Shown piece after piece: positions 31,279 to 41,150 of a stretch of 64,000 nucleotides of DNA. The translations under genes were made by a program, and so were the position numbers. Source of the DNA: an uncultured Methylomirabilota bacterium (GTDB lineage: Bacteria; Methylomirabilota; Methylomirabilia; Methylomirabilales; 2-02-FULL-66-22); NCBI GenBank assembly GCA_963845565.1, contig CAWJSJ010000005.1, positions 160,001 through 224,000 of the forward strand, written 5' to 3'. The stretch's first letter is position 1. Every line of letters begins with the position of its first letter. The notes beneath the pieces were generated by a model that searched no databases, was not told the origin of the DNA, and saw only the letters and a program-made list of their open reading frames with translations.

Positions 31279-33387
31279 ATGGCAAAGGTCGATCTCGACA
31301 ATCCGGAGATCTACATCAATCGCGAGCTCAGCTGGCTCGAGTTCAACGACCGGGTTCTGCGAGAGGGGTTGGCGGAAGAGTTGCCGCTTCTGGAGCGCCT
31401 GAAGTTCCTGGCCATCGTCAGCTCGAACCTGGATGAGTTCTTCATGGTCCGGGTGGCCGGCCTGCTCCAGCAGAGGGCAGCGGGTGTGCGCCGCCGGGAT
31501 CCTAGCGGCATGAGTCCCGGTCAGCAACTCGAGCAGATCGGCCGGCGCACCCATCGGATGGTTGCGGAGCAGGGAGAAGGGATCGCTCGCGTGCTCGGAC
31601 TCTTGCGCGAGCGGGGACTCGACGTTCTGGAGCCGCAGGCGTGGACGCCTTCGCAGCGGACCTTCCTGCGGGACCACTTCGCCGCCGAGATTCTCCCCGT
31701 TCTGACGCCGCTGGCGGTTCAGGATCTCGACCCGACGCCGCTGCTGCCCGGCCTCCAACTCCTGGTGGCGGTCGTCGTGGAGGCGAAGGGGGCGGAGCCC
31801 CCGTGGCGGATCGTGGTGGTGCCGCAGCCCACGCCTTGGTCCCGTTTCCTGGCGGTTCCCGCGGAGGCGGGGGTGAAGCTTGCCCGTCTCGAACACGTCA
31901 TCGTCGCCAATCTGGATCTGCTCTTTCCCGGCGTCGCGATTCAGGGCACGGGGCTCTTCCGTGTCACGCGGGATGCCGATGTACCCATCCGGGACGACGA
32001 CAGCGAAGACCTGCTCCACGTCGTCGAAGAGGCGGTCCTGTCTCGGCGCCGCCGGGCGACAGTGCGTCTCGAGATCAGCGCGGACGCGGACCCGCGCATT
32101 GCCCGCTGGCTCCCGGAATGGTTGGGCGTTCCGCCCGAGGGGATCTACCAGATTGAGGGCATGCTGGACGCCACCGCGCTGATGGACCTGGCGAACCGTC
32201 ACGGTTTCGACTCGCTGCGGTATCCCGACTGGCCGCCCCAGCCTGCGCAGGATCTGGCGGGCACCGACGATCTTTGGGCGGCAGTCCAGGATCGCGACGT
32301 GTTGCTCTTCCATCCGTACGAGCGATTCGATCCGGTGGTTCAGCTTCTGGATCTGGCTGCGGAGGATGCAGGAGTTCTGGCGATCAAGCAGACGCTCTAC
32401 CGGACGAGCGGTGACTCGCCCATTGTTCGAGCACTTGAGCGGGCGGCCCGGAACGGCAAGCAGGTGACGGTACTGGTGGAGTTGAAGGCGCGGTTCGATG
32501 AGGCGCGGAACGTCGGATGGGCGCGGCGAATGGAGGACGCCGGGTGCCACGTGATTTACGGGGTGGCCGGGCTCAAGACGCACGCCAAGGCCTTACTGAT
32601 CGTCCGGCGCGAGGCCGGACGTATTCGCCGCTACGTGCATCTGTCAACGGGCAACTACAACGACCGAACCGCGCGACTGTACTCGGATATTGGCCTGCTG
32701 ACCGGCCAGCGCGATCTGGCAGCGGATGTCGCCGCCTTCTTCAACGTACTCACGGGGGCGTCTGAGATCACCGGCTGGACCAGCCTGACCATTGCCCCCA
32801 CGGATCTCCGGCAGCGTTTCGCGGAGTTGATCGACCGCGAAATCCAGGTCTCGACGCCGGACCGGTCTGGGCTGATCATGGCCAAGGTGAACTCCCTGCA
32901 GGATCCCAAGGTCTGCAAGGCGCTCTACCGGGCTAGCCGAGCAGGTGTCAAGGTGCTGCTGAATGTCCGGGGGATCTGCTGTCTTCGGCCCGGGGTGAAG
33001 GGTGTGTCGGAAACGATCGAGGTGCGCTCGATCGTCGACCGTTATCTGGAGCACGCGCGTGTCTTCTACTTCCGCAACGGCGGGAACGACGAGGTGTACC
33101 TGAGCAGCGCGGACTGGATGTCGCGCAATCTGGATCGGCGGCTGGAACTCCTGTTCCCGGTCCGGTCGCCGGCCCTGGTGCGGCGACTCGTCGGAATCCT
33201 GGAGACATGTTTCGCCGACACCGCCAAAGCGCGTCGACTGCTTCCGGACGGCACCTATGAACGGGTCAAGGGGAAGACTCCGGCGGTGCGAGCCCAGGAG
33301 AGATTTTTCCTGGACTCCGTCGAGGCCACACGCGCCGCCAAGGCATCCCCCACGCGGTTCCGACCCCTGACCCGGCCAGAGGAGTAG
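31279..33387 (+). CDS. ppk1: Polyphosphate kinase 1
   Basis: NRELSWLEFN, SSNLDEFFMVRVAGL, KQTLYRTS, ELKARFDE, KTHAK, STGNYN, SSADWMSRN. Confidence 0.96.
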   Translation: MAKVDLDNPEIYINRELSWLEFNDRVLREGLAEELPLLERLKFLAIVSSNLDEFFMVRVAGLLQQRAAGVRRRDPSGMSPGQQLEQIGRRTHRMVAEQGEGIARVLGLLRERGLDVLEPQAWTPSQRTFLRDHFAAEILPVLTPLAVQDLDPTPLLPGLQLLVAVVVEAKGAEPPWRIVVVPQPTPWSRFLAVPAEAGVKLARLEHVIVANLDLLFPGVAIQGTGLFRVTRDADVPIRDDDSEDLLHVVEEAVLSRRRRATVRLEISADADPRIARWLPEWLGVPPEGIYQIEGMLDATALMDLANRHGFDSLRYPDWPPQPAQDLAGTDDLWAAVQDRDVLLFHPYERFDPVVQLLDLAAEDAGVLAIKQTLYRTSGDSPIVRALERAARNGKQVTVLVELKARFDEARNVGWARRMEDAGCHVIYGVAGLKTHAKALLIVRREAGRIRRYVHLSTGNYNDRTARLYSDIGLLTGQRDLAADVAAFFNVLTGASEITGWTSLTIAPTDLRQRFAELIDREIQVSTPDRSGLIMAKVNSLQDPKVCKALYRASRAGVKVLLNVRGICCLRPGVKGVSETIEVRSIVDRYLEHARVFYFRNGGNDEVYLSSADWMSRNLDRRLELLFPVRSPALVRRLVGILETCFADTAKARRLLPDGTYERVKGKTPAVRAQERFFLDSVEATRAAKASPTRFRPLTRPEE

Positions 33388-33534
33388 CCGGCCGCTGAAA
33401 ACGGCACAGCCGCGGCGTACCCGTCCTCGGGATGGGCCGCCCATCCTCTGGATGGCTCTTCGGCCCGGTTCGGCGCTCTTTGCGTCGGACTCACTGTAGG
33501 GCTTTGCCTCAGGTCCGTGCGTGGCCACCCCTGG

Positions 33535-35289
33535 TTATGCGTCTCCCGCCGTCTGCGCCTTCTTGAGTGTTCCACGGGATTTGGGTTTCGTCGCCAGCGC
33601 CATGATCTCCCGCATCCGTCGGGAGAGTGGGTCGACTCGGCTGTCATCGGCGGGCCGAATGCTCGACCTGGGTACGGGCGCCTGCCGCATGCGCAGGATC
33701 AGGCTCTTCTTGAAGGCATCCTGGAACAGGTCGGATTTCCGCTCCGTAGCCCACAACTCGGTCGACGCGTCGCCCCGCACCAGGCACTCCAGGGTCACCG
33801 ACCGGGGCTGGATGCGGCACCGGATGGTGTGCACGACCTGCGTCCGGCTGCGTTCCAGATACTCCGCCAGCCGAAGCAGAGCTCCCAGCTTCCGAATCCG
33901 CTCGTCGTCGTCGTGCGTGAGGAGTCCGGGGAAAGGCTGCGCCTTGGGCATCCCGCGACGGTGGTAGAGCACGAGTTGCGACATCAGGGCCACTTCGCGG
34001 TGCCGGAAGCCGGGGAGATCGGCGTCCAGGAGGATGCGAGATGAGTATTCGTGGTGGCTGTAGTAGTCGATCGCCAATCCGAGATCATGGAGGAGCGCGG
34101 CGGCGGACAGCGCCGCCCGCTCCTGGTCGCCGTAGCGGTGCAACGGACGCAGTTGGTCGAACAGGGACACCGCCAGCCTTTCCACGTGGCGGGCATGCGG
34201 CCAGTTCAGATCGTAGAGGAGGCTGAGGTTCGCGAGTCCGAAGGCGCGCGGATTCTCGACCGTATCGCGTCCCGTGTTTCTCAGAAAGTGCTCGTAGAAC
34301 ACACCCTCGCGAAGCCCCTGGCCCGAAACCACCAATTCGCCGTATCCGGCCTGCTCCAGGACCTGAAACAGCACCAAGGCGCCGGCCAGGATGACATCCG
34401 CCCGATCGCTGCTCAGTCCGGGAAACTTCCGACGTTTTCGCAGGGGCAGCTTGGCCAGTCGCTGCACGATCTGCTCGAGCCGGCGGCGACTGAGGACGTA
34501 GCCGTGGACCCGGTCCAGGGGGTAGTCCTGCAGATGCTGGTCGATCTTGGCCAGCGTCCGGATGGTTCCGCCCATTCCGACGAGGCTCTCGCCCGGTCCT
34601 CCTTCAATCCAGGACAGGTCGCGCAACAAGTACTCGATGTACCGAGACAGGGTGCGGATCTCGGCGGCCTTGGGTGGGTCTTCGCGCAGAAAGGCTTCGG
34701 TCAGGCGCACCGCCCCGGCCGGCAGCATGACGGTCTTGACCGGCCGGCGGTCTTCGACCCGGACCAACTCCATGCTCCCACCGCCGATGTCAACCACCAG
34801 ACTGTTCCCGATGGCGAGGCTGTTGACTGCCCCGAGAAATCCGTAATGGGCCTCCTCCTCTCCGGTCAGGACGCGCAGGGTGAGGCCGACCTCTTCCCGG
34901 ATTCGCTTCAGGAACTCGGTCTGGTTGCGGGCATCGCGTACGGCGCTGGTTCCCACGGCCACGATGGTGTCGATGCCGTTCGCCTCGCAGAGTCCCCGAA
35001 AGACCCGGAGCAGGCGAATCGTGCGTTCCATCGGTTGCGCCCGCAACAGACCCTCCGCTCCCATTCCCTCGCTGAGGCGGACCTGTTCCCGTACTTGATC
35101 GATCAGGCGGAACGAGACCCCTGGGGTGTGGGCCAGGATGATCAATCGGCTCGTATTTGAGCCGACATCGATCACCCCGATCTTGCGTGGGCCGAGGCGG
35201 GATTCCGGCTCCTTGGGCGTGCGGATTTTGGGTATGCGACCACGGCCGGGCGGCGTGCGCCTGAGAGGGAGACTCGGGAGGCGAGGCAC
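33535..35289 (-). CDS. ppx: Second Ppx/GppA phosphatase with HD domain
   Basis: IDVGSNTSRL, GEEEAHY, DIGGGSME, GLREG, AALLHDLG; GTG start after GGAGG. Confidence 0.9.
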   Translation of the reverse strand: MPRLPSLPLRRTPPGRGRIPKIRTPKEPESRLGPRKIGVIDVGSNTSRLIILAHTPGVSFRLIDQVREQVRLSEGMGAEGLLRAQPMERTIRLLRVFRGLCEANGIDTIVAVGTSAVRDARNQTEFLKRIREEVGLTLRVLTGEEEAHYGFLGAVNSLAIGNSLVVDIGGGSMELVRVEDRRPVKTVMLPAGAVRLTEAFLREDPPKAAEIRTLSRYIEYLLRDLSWIEGGPGESLVGMGGTIRTLAKIDQHLQDYPLDRVHGYVLSRRRLEQIVQRLAKLPLRKRRKFPGLSSDRADVILAGALVLFQVLEQAGYGELVVSGQGLREGVFYEHFLRNTGRDTVENPRAFGLANLSLLYDLNWPHARHVERLAVSLFDQLRPLHRYGDQERAALSAAALLHDLGLAIDYYSHHEYSSRILLDADLPGFRHREVALMSQLVLYHRRGMPKAQPFPGLLTHDDDERIRKLGALLRLAEYLERSRTQVVHTIRCRIQPRSVTLECLVRGDASTELWATERKSDLFQDAFKKSLILRMRQAPVPRSSIRPADDSRVDPLSRRMREIMALATKPKSRGTLKKAQTAGDA

Positions 35290-35489
35290 GGAATGTCCTC
35301 CTGTTTTCGGATGATCGATGCTCACCCCGGGATCGAGCCGTCGTTGGACAAAGCCGCGGCGCGGTCCTGTTCTACCAAGGGAGCGGCGATTGGTCAAGCC
35401 GGCACCCGTGGCCCGATTGCCTCTGGGGACAGTGGACAGGCGGGAGACGGACCTGATACCATCCTCGCGCACGTTGGAGGAGGCGATCA

Positions 35490-35879
35490 GTGGGATTTTG
35501 GGCCACGTGGACGGGGCGAGCGCGGGCGCTGAAACGGGAGACGTACGCCGTCTATCTGGCGTGCCGGGACCCGCGGGTGCCATGGTACGGTCGGGTGCTG
35601 GCAGCCTGCATCGTCGGGTACGCGTTCAGCCCGATCGACCTCATCCCCGATTTTGTCCCCGTCCTCGGCTACCTGGACGACCTGATCCTGATTCCCCTTG
35701 GCATCGCGTTCGTCCTCAGGGCCATCCCGCCCGAGGTGATGGCCGAATGCCGGGAGAAGGCGGCGATCGCCATGGCGGGCGGCAAGCCCAGGAACTGGAT
35801 CGCCGGCGGGATCATCGTGTTCATCTGGATCGTGCTCGCCGTAGGCGCCGCCGTACTTGGTTTCCGAATTCTGCAATAG
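35490..35879 (+). CDS. YkvA/DUF1232 family membrane protein
   Basis: [28 protein letters not shown]. Confidence 0.9.
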   Translation: MGFWATWTGRARALKRETYAVYLACRDPRVPWYGRVLAACIVGYAFSPIDLIPDFVPVLGYLDDLILIPLGIAFVLRAIPPEVMAECREKAAIAMAGGKPRNWIAGGIIVFIWIVLAVGAAVLGFRILQ

Positions 35880-35947
35880 CACTCACCGTCTCGGTCTCTG
35901 TTGGCACGGCCTAATTGTGGATCTCAAGAACATTCGAAGGCATTGGA

Positions 35948-35994
35948 TTGCCACACGCGTCTCAACAGACTATCATATGCAGACACGTGCATGT
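35948..35994 (+). promoter_or_regulatory. arsR1 promoter and operator
   Basis: TTGCCA-17-TATCAT; inverted repeat ATATGC-N8-GCATGT at 35975-35994. Confidence 0.6.
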
Positions 35995-36007
35995 GTTGAG
36001 GTCGAGG

Positions 36008-36376
36008 ATGAAGGACATTGCTCGCGTCCTGGATATGTTGGCGGACCCGACACGGCTCCGACTGCTGCGGTTGCTGCGTCAGCAGGAACTGTGCGTCTGC
36101 GAGCTTGTGGATACGCTCCGCATGCCGCAGTACAAGATCTCCCGGCACCTGCGCAGTCTCCGCGCCGTCGGCCTCGTCGAGGCCCGGCGGGACGGCCGGT
36201 GGATGCACTACCGTCTGGGGCGCCGTGGCGTGCAGGCTCGCCTGGTGCAGGATCTGCTCGCAGTGTTGTGCGGCCACCTGGACAAGACACCACTCGGCCA
36301 ACGGGACGACTCCAGTCTGCGGCGTCGGTTGGCCGCGGGAAAGGTCGGGCGGTGTCTGACGCGGAGCCGTCCGTGA
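36008..36376 (+). CDS. arsR: ArsR/SmtB metalloregulator
   Basis: [29 protein letters not shown]. Confidence 0.92.
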   Translation: MKDIARVLDMLADPTRLRLLRLLRQQELCVCELVDTLRMPQYKISRHLRSLRAVGLVEARRDGRWMHYRLGRRGVQARLVQDLLAVLCGHLDKTPLGQRDDSSLRRRLAAGKVGRCLTRSRP

Positions 36377-36390
36377 CTCTTGTGGGCAAA

Positions 36391-36412
36391 CATATGCGCT
36401 CTGCGACATATG
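36391..36412 (+). promoter_or_regulatory. Second ArsR1-type operator, before acr3
   Basis: CATATGCGCTCTGCGACATATG inverted repeat with the same spacing as the 35975 box. Confidence 0.55.
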
Positions 36413-36453
36413 ACGCTGGGTACGGGACCGCAACGAATCATAGGAGCGAGCGC

Positions 36454-37536
36454 ATGACTGACGGTGTGGTGAAAAAGCTGTCGTTTCTCGATCGGTATCT
36501 CACGGTCTGGATCTTCCTGGCGATGTTCATTGGAGTCGGACAGGGATACTTCTTCCCAACGAGCACGGCGTGGATCTCCGCCTTTCAGGTGGGGACGACC
36601 TCATTCCCCATCGCGATCGGCCTCATCCTGATGATGTATCCGCCGCTCGCCAAGGTGAAGTATGAGGAGATCGGCCGGGTCTTCAAGGACGTCAGGATCC
36701 TTCTCCTTTCCCTGGTGCAGAACTGGGTGATCGGCCCGATCCTGATGTTCATCCTGGCGATCACGTTTCTGCGGGATTACCCCGAGTACATGGTCGGGCT
36801 GATCATGATCGGCCTGGCCCGCTGCATCGCCATGGTCATCGTCTGGAACGAGCTGGCGCGGGGCGACACGGAGTACTGCGCGGCCTTGGTGGCGTTCAAT
36901 TCCATCTTCCAGGTCTTGTTCTTCTCGGTGTTTGCGTATGTGTTCATCACGGTGCTGCCCCGCTGGTTCGGCCTGCAGGGTACGGTGGTGAACATCTCCA
37001 TCGGGCAGATCGCCGAGAGCGTGTTTATTTACCTGGGGATACCGTTCATCGCCGGGGTCATCACGCGCTTCACCCTCATTCCGCTGAAGGGCAAGGAATG
37101 GTATCAGAAGGTATTCATCCCGCGGATTTCCCCCATCACGCTGATCTCGCTGCTGTTCACCATCGTGGTGATGTTCAGCCTGAAGGGGGAGTACATCGTC
37201 CGCTTGCCCCTGGACGTCCTGCGGATCGCGGTGCCGCTCCTGATCTACTTCGTGGTGATGTTCCTGGTGTCGTTCTACCTGAGCTACCGGCTGGGGGCCG
37301 ATTACCCGAAGAGCGCGTCGCTCTCCTTCACGGCGGCCAGCAACAATTTCGAGCTGGCGATCGCCGTGGCCGTGGCGGTCTTCGGCTTGAACTCCGGAGC
37401 GGCCTTCGCCGCGGTGATCGGCCCGCTGGTGGAGGTCCCGGCGCTGATCGGCCTGGTCAACGTGGCGTTCTGGTTCCAGCGGCGGTATTTCGCCGATGCA
37501 CCGGCGGCGAGGCTACAGCGGTGCCCGGGGGAGTGA
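36454..37536 (+). CDS. acr3: ACR3 family arsenite efflux transporter
   Basis: [54 protein letters not shown]. Confidence 0.96.
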   Translation: MTDGVVKKLSFLDRYLTVWIFLAMFIGVGQGYFFPTSTAWISAFQVGTTSFPIAIGLILMMYPPLAKVKYEEIGRVFKDVRILLLSLVQNWVIGPILMFILAITFLRDYPEYMVGLIMIGLARCIAMVIVWNELARGDTEYCAALVAFNSIFQVLFFSVFAYVFITVLPRWFGLQGTVVNISIGQIAESVFIYLGIPFIAGVITRFTLIPLKGKEWYQKVFIPRISPITLISLLFTIVVMFSLKGEYIVRLPLDVLRIAVPLLIYFVVMFLVSFYLSYRLGADYPKSASLSFTAASNNFELAIAVAVAVFGLNSGAAFAAVIGPLVEVPALIGLVNVAFWFQRRYFADAPAARLQRCPGE

Positions 37537-37537
37537 C

Positions 37538-37795
37538 ATGGCGGACACGATCATCATATACGGCACCGATACCTGTCCTTACTGCAGCCAGGCGCGAGCG
37601 GCCTATGGGGACAGGGCGGTGTACGTGAACGTTGGCCAACACCCCGAGAAGCTCTCGGAAATGCTGGCTTTGACCGGGGGCAAGAGACATGTGCCAGTGA
37701 TCGTAGAAGGGGGAAAGGTGACGGTTGGCTTCGCAGGAGAGGCCTCTCTGCGCGGTGGCATCCCCCTCTTCGGGGGAACCTGATCCGTCAAATAG
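37538..37795 (+). CDS. Uxx-star glutaredoxin-like selenoprotein (TGA 37781-83 = Sec)
   Basis: CPYC Grx fold, VPVI; ends GGT-TGA-S-V-K-TAG; hairpin 37784-37811 with an AGGTCTG core. Confidence 0.75.
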
Positions 37796-37840
37796 GTCTG
37801 CCGTGGGCGGACCGCGAACCGACGTCAGAAAGGGAATGAC

Positions 37841-38152
37841 ATGATTGAAATCACAGAAACCGCACGGACGGCAATCGAGGGGGTCCTCGGGCAGCACAAA
37901 GGGCGGCCCGCGGTGAGAATCCTTTTGCAACCCGGCTGAGGCGGGCCCAAACTGGGTATGGCTCTGGACGAGCCCCAAGAGAACGATGTGACCCACACTG
38001 ATCACGGTGTCACCTTTGCGATCGAGAAGGATCTGTTTGAGCAAATCAAGCCGGTCCGCGTCGATTTCGTGGAGTCGGCAGACGGATCAGGATTCCACCT
38101 CACCTCGAGCCTGGCGCCAGGCGACGGCTGCGGGAGCTCCTGCGCGTGCTAG
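37841..38152 (+). CDS. HesB/IscA-like selenoprotein (TGA 37937-39 = Sec)
   Basis: MIEITETARTAI...VRILLQPG-U-GGPKLGMALDEP...CGSSCAC; TGA at the conserved G-C-x-G cysteine; RBS AAAGGGA. Confidence 0.88.
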
Positions 38153-38235
38153 TGTCCGGAGAATAGCGGTCGGCCAGGTCGACGGCGGGCGCGTGGCCCC
38201 AGGAGAGGAGTCGAGCGGCAGGAGGGCAGGAGCGC

Positions 38236-38658
38236 ATGGAACCCACGATCAAGGTCTTATTTGTGTGCACCGGAAATTCCGCCCGGAGCCAGATGGCCGA
38301 GGGCTTCGCGAGGCACTTCGGTGGCGAGCAGATCGAGGCGCACAGCGCCGGGGTGGAGCCGAGTCGGCTGAATCCCGTTGCCGTGGCGGTCATGCAGGAG
38401 AAGGGGATCGACATCTCGGGCCACCACTCGAAGGCGTTCGACTGGGACCTGGCTCGACAGATGGACGTGGTGGTGACGGTGTGCGGTCATGCCAACGAGT
38501 CCTGCCCGGTCCTGCCGCCGGAGGTGAAACGCCTCCACTGGCCCCTAGAGGACCCGGCTGCCGCCAAGGGCACGGACACGGAGATCATGGCCACGTTCCG
38601 TCTCGTGCGGGATCAAGTCGAAACCCGGGTCGTGGACTTGCTCCGTACGGTGCGCTAG
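38236..38658 (+). CDS. arsC: Arsenate reductase, LMW-PTP/thioredoxin type
   Basis: VLFVCTGNSARSQMAEG, SAG, TVCGHANESCP, HWPLEDPA. Confidence 0.93.
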   Translation: MEPTIKVLFVCTGNSARSQMAEGFARHFGGEQIEAHSAGVEPSRLNPVAVAVMQEKGIDISGHHSKAFDWDLARQMDVVVTVCGHANESCPVLPPEVKRLHWPLEDPAAAKGTDTEIMATFRLVRDQVETRVVDLLRTVR

Positions 38659-38735
38659 CGCGATCAACTCCCGCGACATCCGTGGGCACGCAATCCGGCG
38701 GACACGCGCGTGACGACTCACAACCGGGGGTGACC

Positions 38736-39026
38736 ATGAAGATCAGTGTCAAGGTCGTCGGACTTTGGAAACTGGTCGAAAAGATGGGGAACAAGGGGTG
38801 CGGAGTGGTGGAGTTTCCCGGGGGAACGGCGAACGATCTCTTTCGACACCTCCTGGCTCACCACGGGTTCGTGTGGGCGGACTTTCCGCTCTTGGAGAAA
38901 TGGGAGGAGAATATCAACCTCTCCATCGTGCATAACGATGACATCTTGTTGAAGGCCGACTATGGCCGAACGCCTCTTGCGGACGGCGACAAGCTGTCGC
39001 TTTACGTTCAGACGGGGTGTTGTTAG
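38736..39026 (+). CDS. MoaD/ThiS ubiquitin-like protein ending in GCC
   Basis: MKISVKVVG, beta-grasp pattern (..IVHN..TPLADGDKLSL..); C-terminus TGCC instead of GG. Confidence 0.7.
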   Translation: MKISVKVVGLWKLVEKMGNKGCGVVEFPGGTANDLFRHLLAHHGFVWADFPLLEKWEENINLSIVHNDDILLKADYGRTPLADGDKLSLYVQTGCC

Positions 39027-39118
39027 GCGGGAGCGGCGGCGATGATGGCTGCGGTTCCGCCGTGGTGCCCCGCGTTGGCGGCGGGACCGATGAGTGTACC
39101 CAATTCCGAGATGCCTCC

Positions 39119-40370
39119 ATGACCGTTCAACCTGAATCTGCAGCGCACGACGACGAGGAGGGACGCGGGCTGCTCCATCCGGCGGTAGTGTCTCGCTGCG
39201 ATCTGAGCCGTGGTGACCAACCTCACATGGTTGTTGGGGCGAACGGCGCGCAACAGCGTCAACCAGGGGACCGCCTGGCGAAGGTTTACGTCGAGCCGAC
39301 GAATCGCTGCAATCTGGAGTGTCGCACGTGCATCCGGCACGGGTGGGACGAGCCGCTCGGCCAGATGGATGAGGCGACCTTCGCCCGGATCACGGATGGG
39401 CTCCGCGCGTTTTCGCCGCCGCCCACGGTATTCTTTGGCGGCTTCGGCGAACCGTTGGCGCATCCGCGCATCGTGGAGATGGTGGCGAAGGCGAAAGCCC
39501 TCGGCGGGCCGGCGGAGCTCATCACCAACGGGACGCTTCTCACCCAGGATGTGTCGCGGCGTTTGATTTCGGCGGGGCTCGATCTGCTCTGGGTCTCCCT
39601 GGACGGCGCCACACCGGAAAGTTACACGGACGTGCGCCTCGGCGCGGCCTTGCCACAGGTCCTGGCCAATCTCGCGGCGTTCCGGGATGCGCGCACGGCC
39701 GCTCCGGATCGGACCGCACCCCAGATCGGCATCGCTTTTGTGATGATGAAGCGAAACGTCGCCGATCTGCCGGCGGTGCTGCGCCTTGGGGACCGTTTGG
39801 GGGCGACCCGATTCATGGTCAGCAACGTGCTGCCGTACACGAAGGCGATGTGCGAGGAGGCGCTCTACCCTCGAGTGCTCACGCGTCGCCTGTACTCTTC
39901 CTCCGACCCTCCCCTCAACTTGTCCGCTCTGGACGGGCGACCAGATTACCTTCGAGTCTCGGCGGGACGTGATGCGCGGAGGCCTGCGCATCAGCCTGAA
40001 CGGCGGCGACCTGGCGGAGGCCAGGAACCGCTGCCCGTTTGTCGAGCGCGGCGCCATGGCGATCGCCTGGGATGGGAACGTTAGCCCGTGCCTACCCCTC
40101 CTGCACAGCCATGTCAGTTATCTGGGGGGACAAGACCGCATATCGCGACGGTACGTGGTCGGCCAGGTGGCGGAGCGCGATCTCCGCGACCTGTGGACCG
40201 CGCCGGAGTATGTGGCGTTTCGCCGGCGCGTCCAAGGATTCGAGTTCTCACCCTGCACCGGGTGCGGGGGCTGCAATCTCTCGGAGGCGAATCAAGAGGA
40301 CTGCTACGACAACCCGTTTCCCACCTGTGGCGGGTGCCTTTGGGCGCAAGGCATGATCCACTGCCCTTAG
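39119..40370 (+). CDS. Radical SAM/SPASM protein, tungsten-oxidoreductase-maturase-like; +1 frameshift at ~39935
   Basis: EPTNRCNLECRTC, GGFGEP, TNG, SLDG; second frame CPF..DGNVSPC..PCTGCGGC..DC..PTCGGCLWAQGMIHCP. Confidence 0.85.
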
Positions 40371-40372
40371 CC

Positions 40373-40492
40373 GGCTGCTCAAAAAGGCCCACCTGCGGCG
40401 TTGGCGCGCTCGGGCGCTCGTTGCGGCGTACCTCCAGTACGCCTCACTCGGCCCATCACTTGCCGCCTTGCATCTGGACTTTTTGAGCAGCC
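40373..40492. repeat. 120-bp MITE/REP-like element
   Basis: Perfect 14-bp terminal inverted repeats GGCTGCTCAAAAAG / CTTTTTGAGCAGCC; partial ends also at ~11513-11531 and ~45359-45378. Confidence 0.75.
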
Positions 40493-40567
40493 TGGGCGGG
40501 AGCCTTGCGAACTGAGCGGCCCCAGGCAAGTTCAATCCATTACACCCCAGATTTCAGGCGGTTGTTC

Positions 40568-40607
40568 TTGACAAGGCGGGATGTGTGCAGTAGATTGCAT
40601 GGTACAA
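40568..40607 (+). promoter_or_regulatory. marR promoter and operator
   Basis: TTGACA-17-TAGATT; palindrome TTGCA-TGG-TACAA at 40595-40607. Confidence 0.7.
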
Positions 40608-40633
40608 GTAGTATGGAGGAGGCGGGTGAGGCA

Positions 40634-41092
40634 ATGATGACACTGGACGAAGGGGCTGAGCGGCTACACCGTTTGACGAAGGAGCTTCTCCGGCGGTACC
40701 AGTTCCGCGACTGGAACCAGGTCTGCTGCTATGGGATCTCTATCAGCCAGAGCCATATCCTGGACGTCCTGGTGGAGGACGGCGACCTCACCATGCAGGC
40801 GCTCGCGCGGCGGATGTTCAAGTCCGTCAGCACCATGACGCGAGTGGCGGGACAACTGGTCCGGAAGGGCTACATCAAACGCCGACAGGACCCCGAGGAC
40901 CGGCGGGTCGTCCACGTGTCCATCACACCGCAGGGCAAGGCCATCATCGCCGCGATTCAGCGGGACATGATCGAGACACAGAAGGCCGTCCTCCAGACCG
41001 TGCCGGCCGACGAATGGGCAGGGGCTTTCAAGGTGCTCGAGGCCCTGTCCCGAGGCGCGCGACGGTGGCAGGAGACGTGCTGCAAGGTGTGA
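40634..41092 (+). CDS. MarR family regulator with two vicinal Cys pairs
   Basis: wHTH (STMTRVAGQLVRKGYIKR..DPEDRR); VCCYG and ETCCKV. Confidence 0.9.
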   Translation: MMTLDEGAERLHRLTKELLRRYQFRDWNQVCCYGISISQSHILDVLVEDGDLTMQALARRMFKSVSTMTRVAGQLVRKGYIKRRQDPEDRRVVHVSITPQGKAIIAAIQRDMIETQKAVLQTVPADEWAGAFKVLEALSRGARRWQETCCKV

Positions 41093-41108
41093 TTTGGTTT
41101 GCACATAT

Positions 41109-41125
41109 GGTTGTATACTGCAACC
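41109..41125 (+). promoter_or_regulatory. Second MarR-type operator, overlapping a TATACT -10
   Basis: GGTTGTATACTGCAACC, the same TTGYA-N3-TRCAA pattern as at 40595. Confidence 0.6.
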
Positions 41126-41150
41126 GTCGTGATACTCAAAGGGAGGCGCC

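Noticed and set aside
35902..35920. TGGCACG sigma54-like -24 element
   Set aside because: No TTGC at the -12 position
39024..39026. TAG after GCC as a pyrrolysine or read-through codon
   Set aside because: No support; the downstream frame gives no GG terminus or recognisable domain
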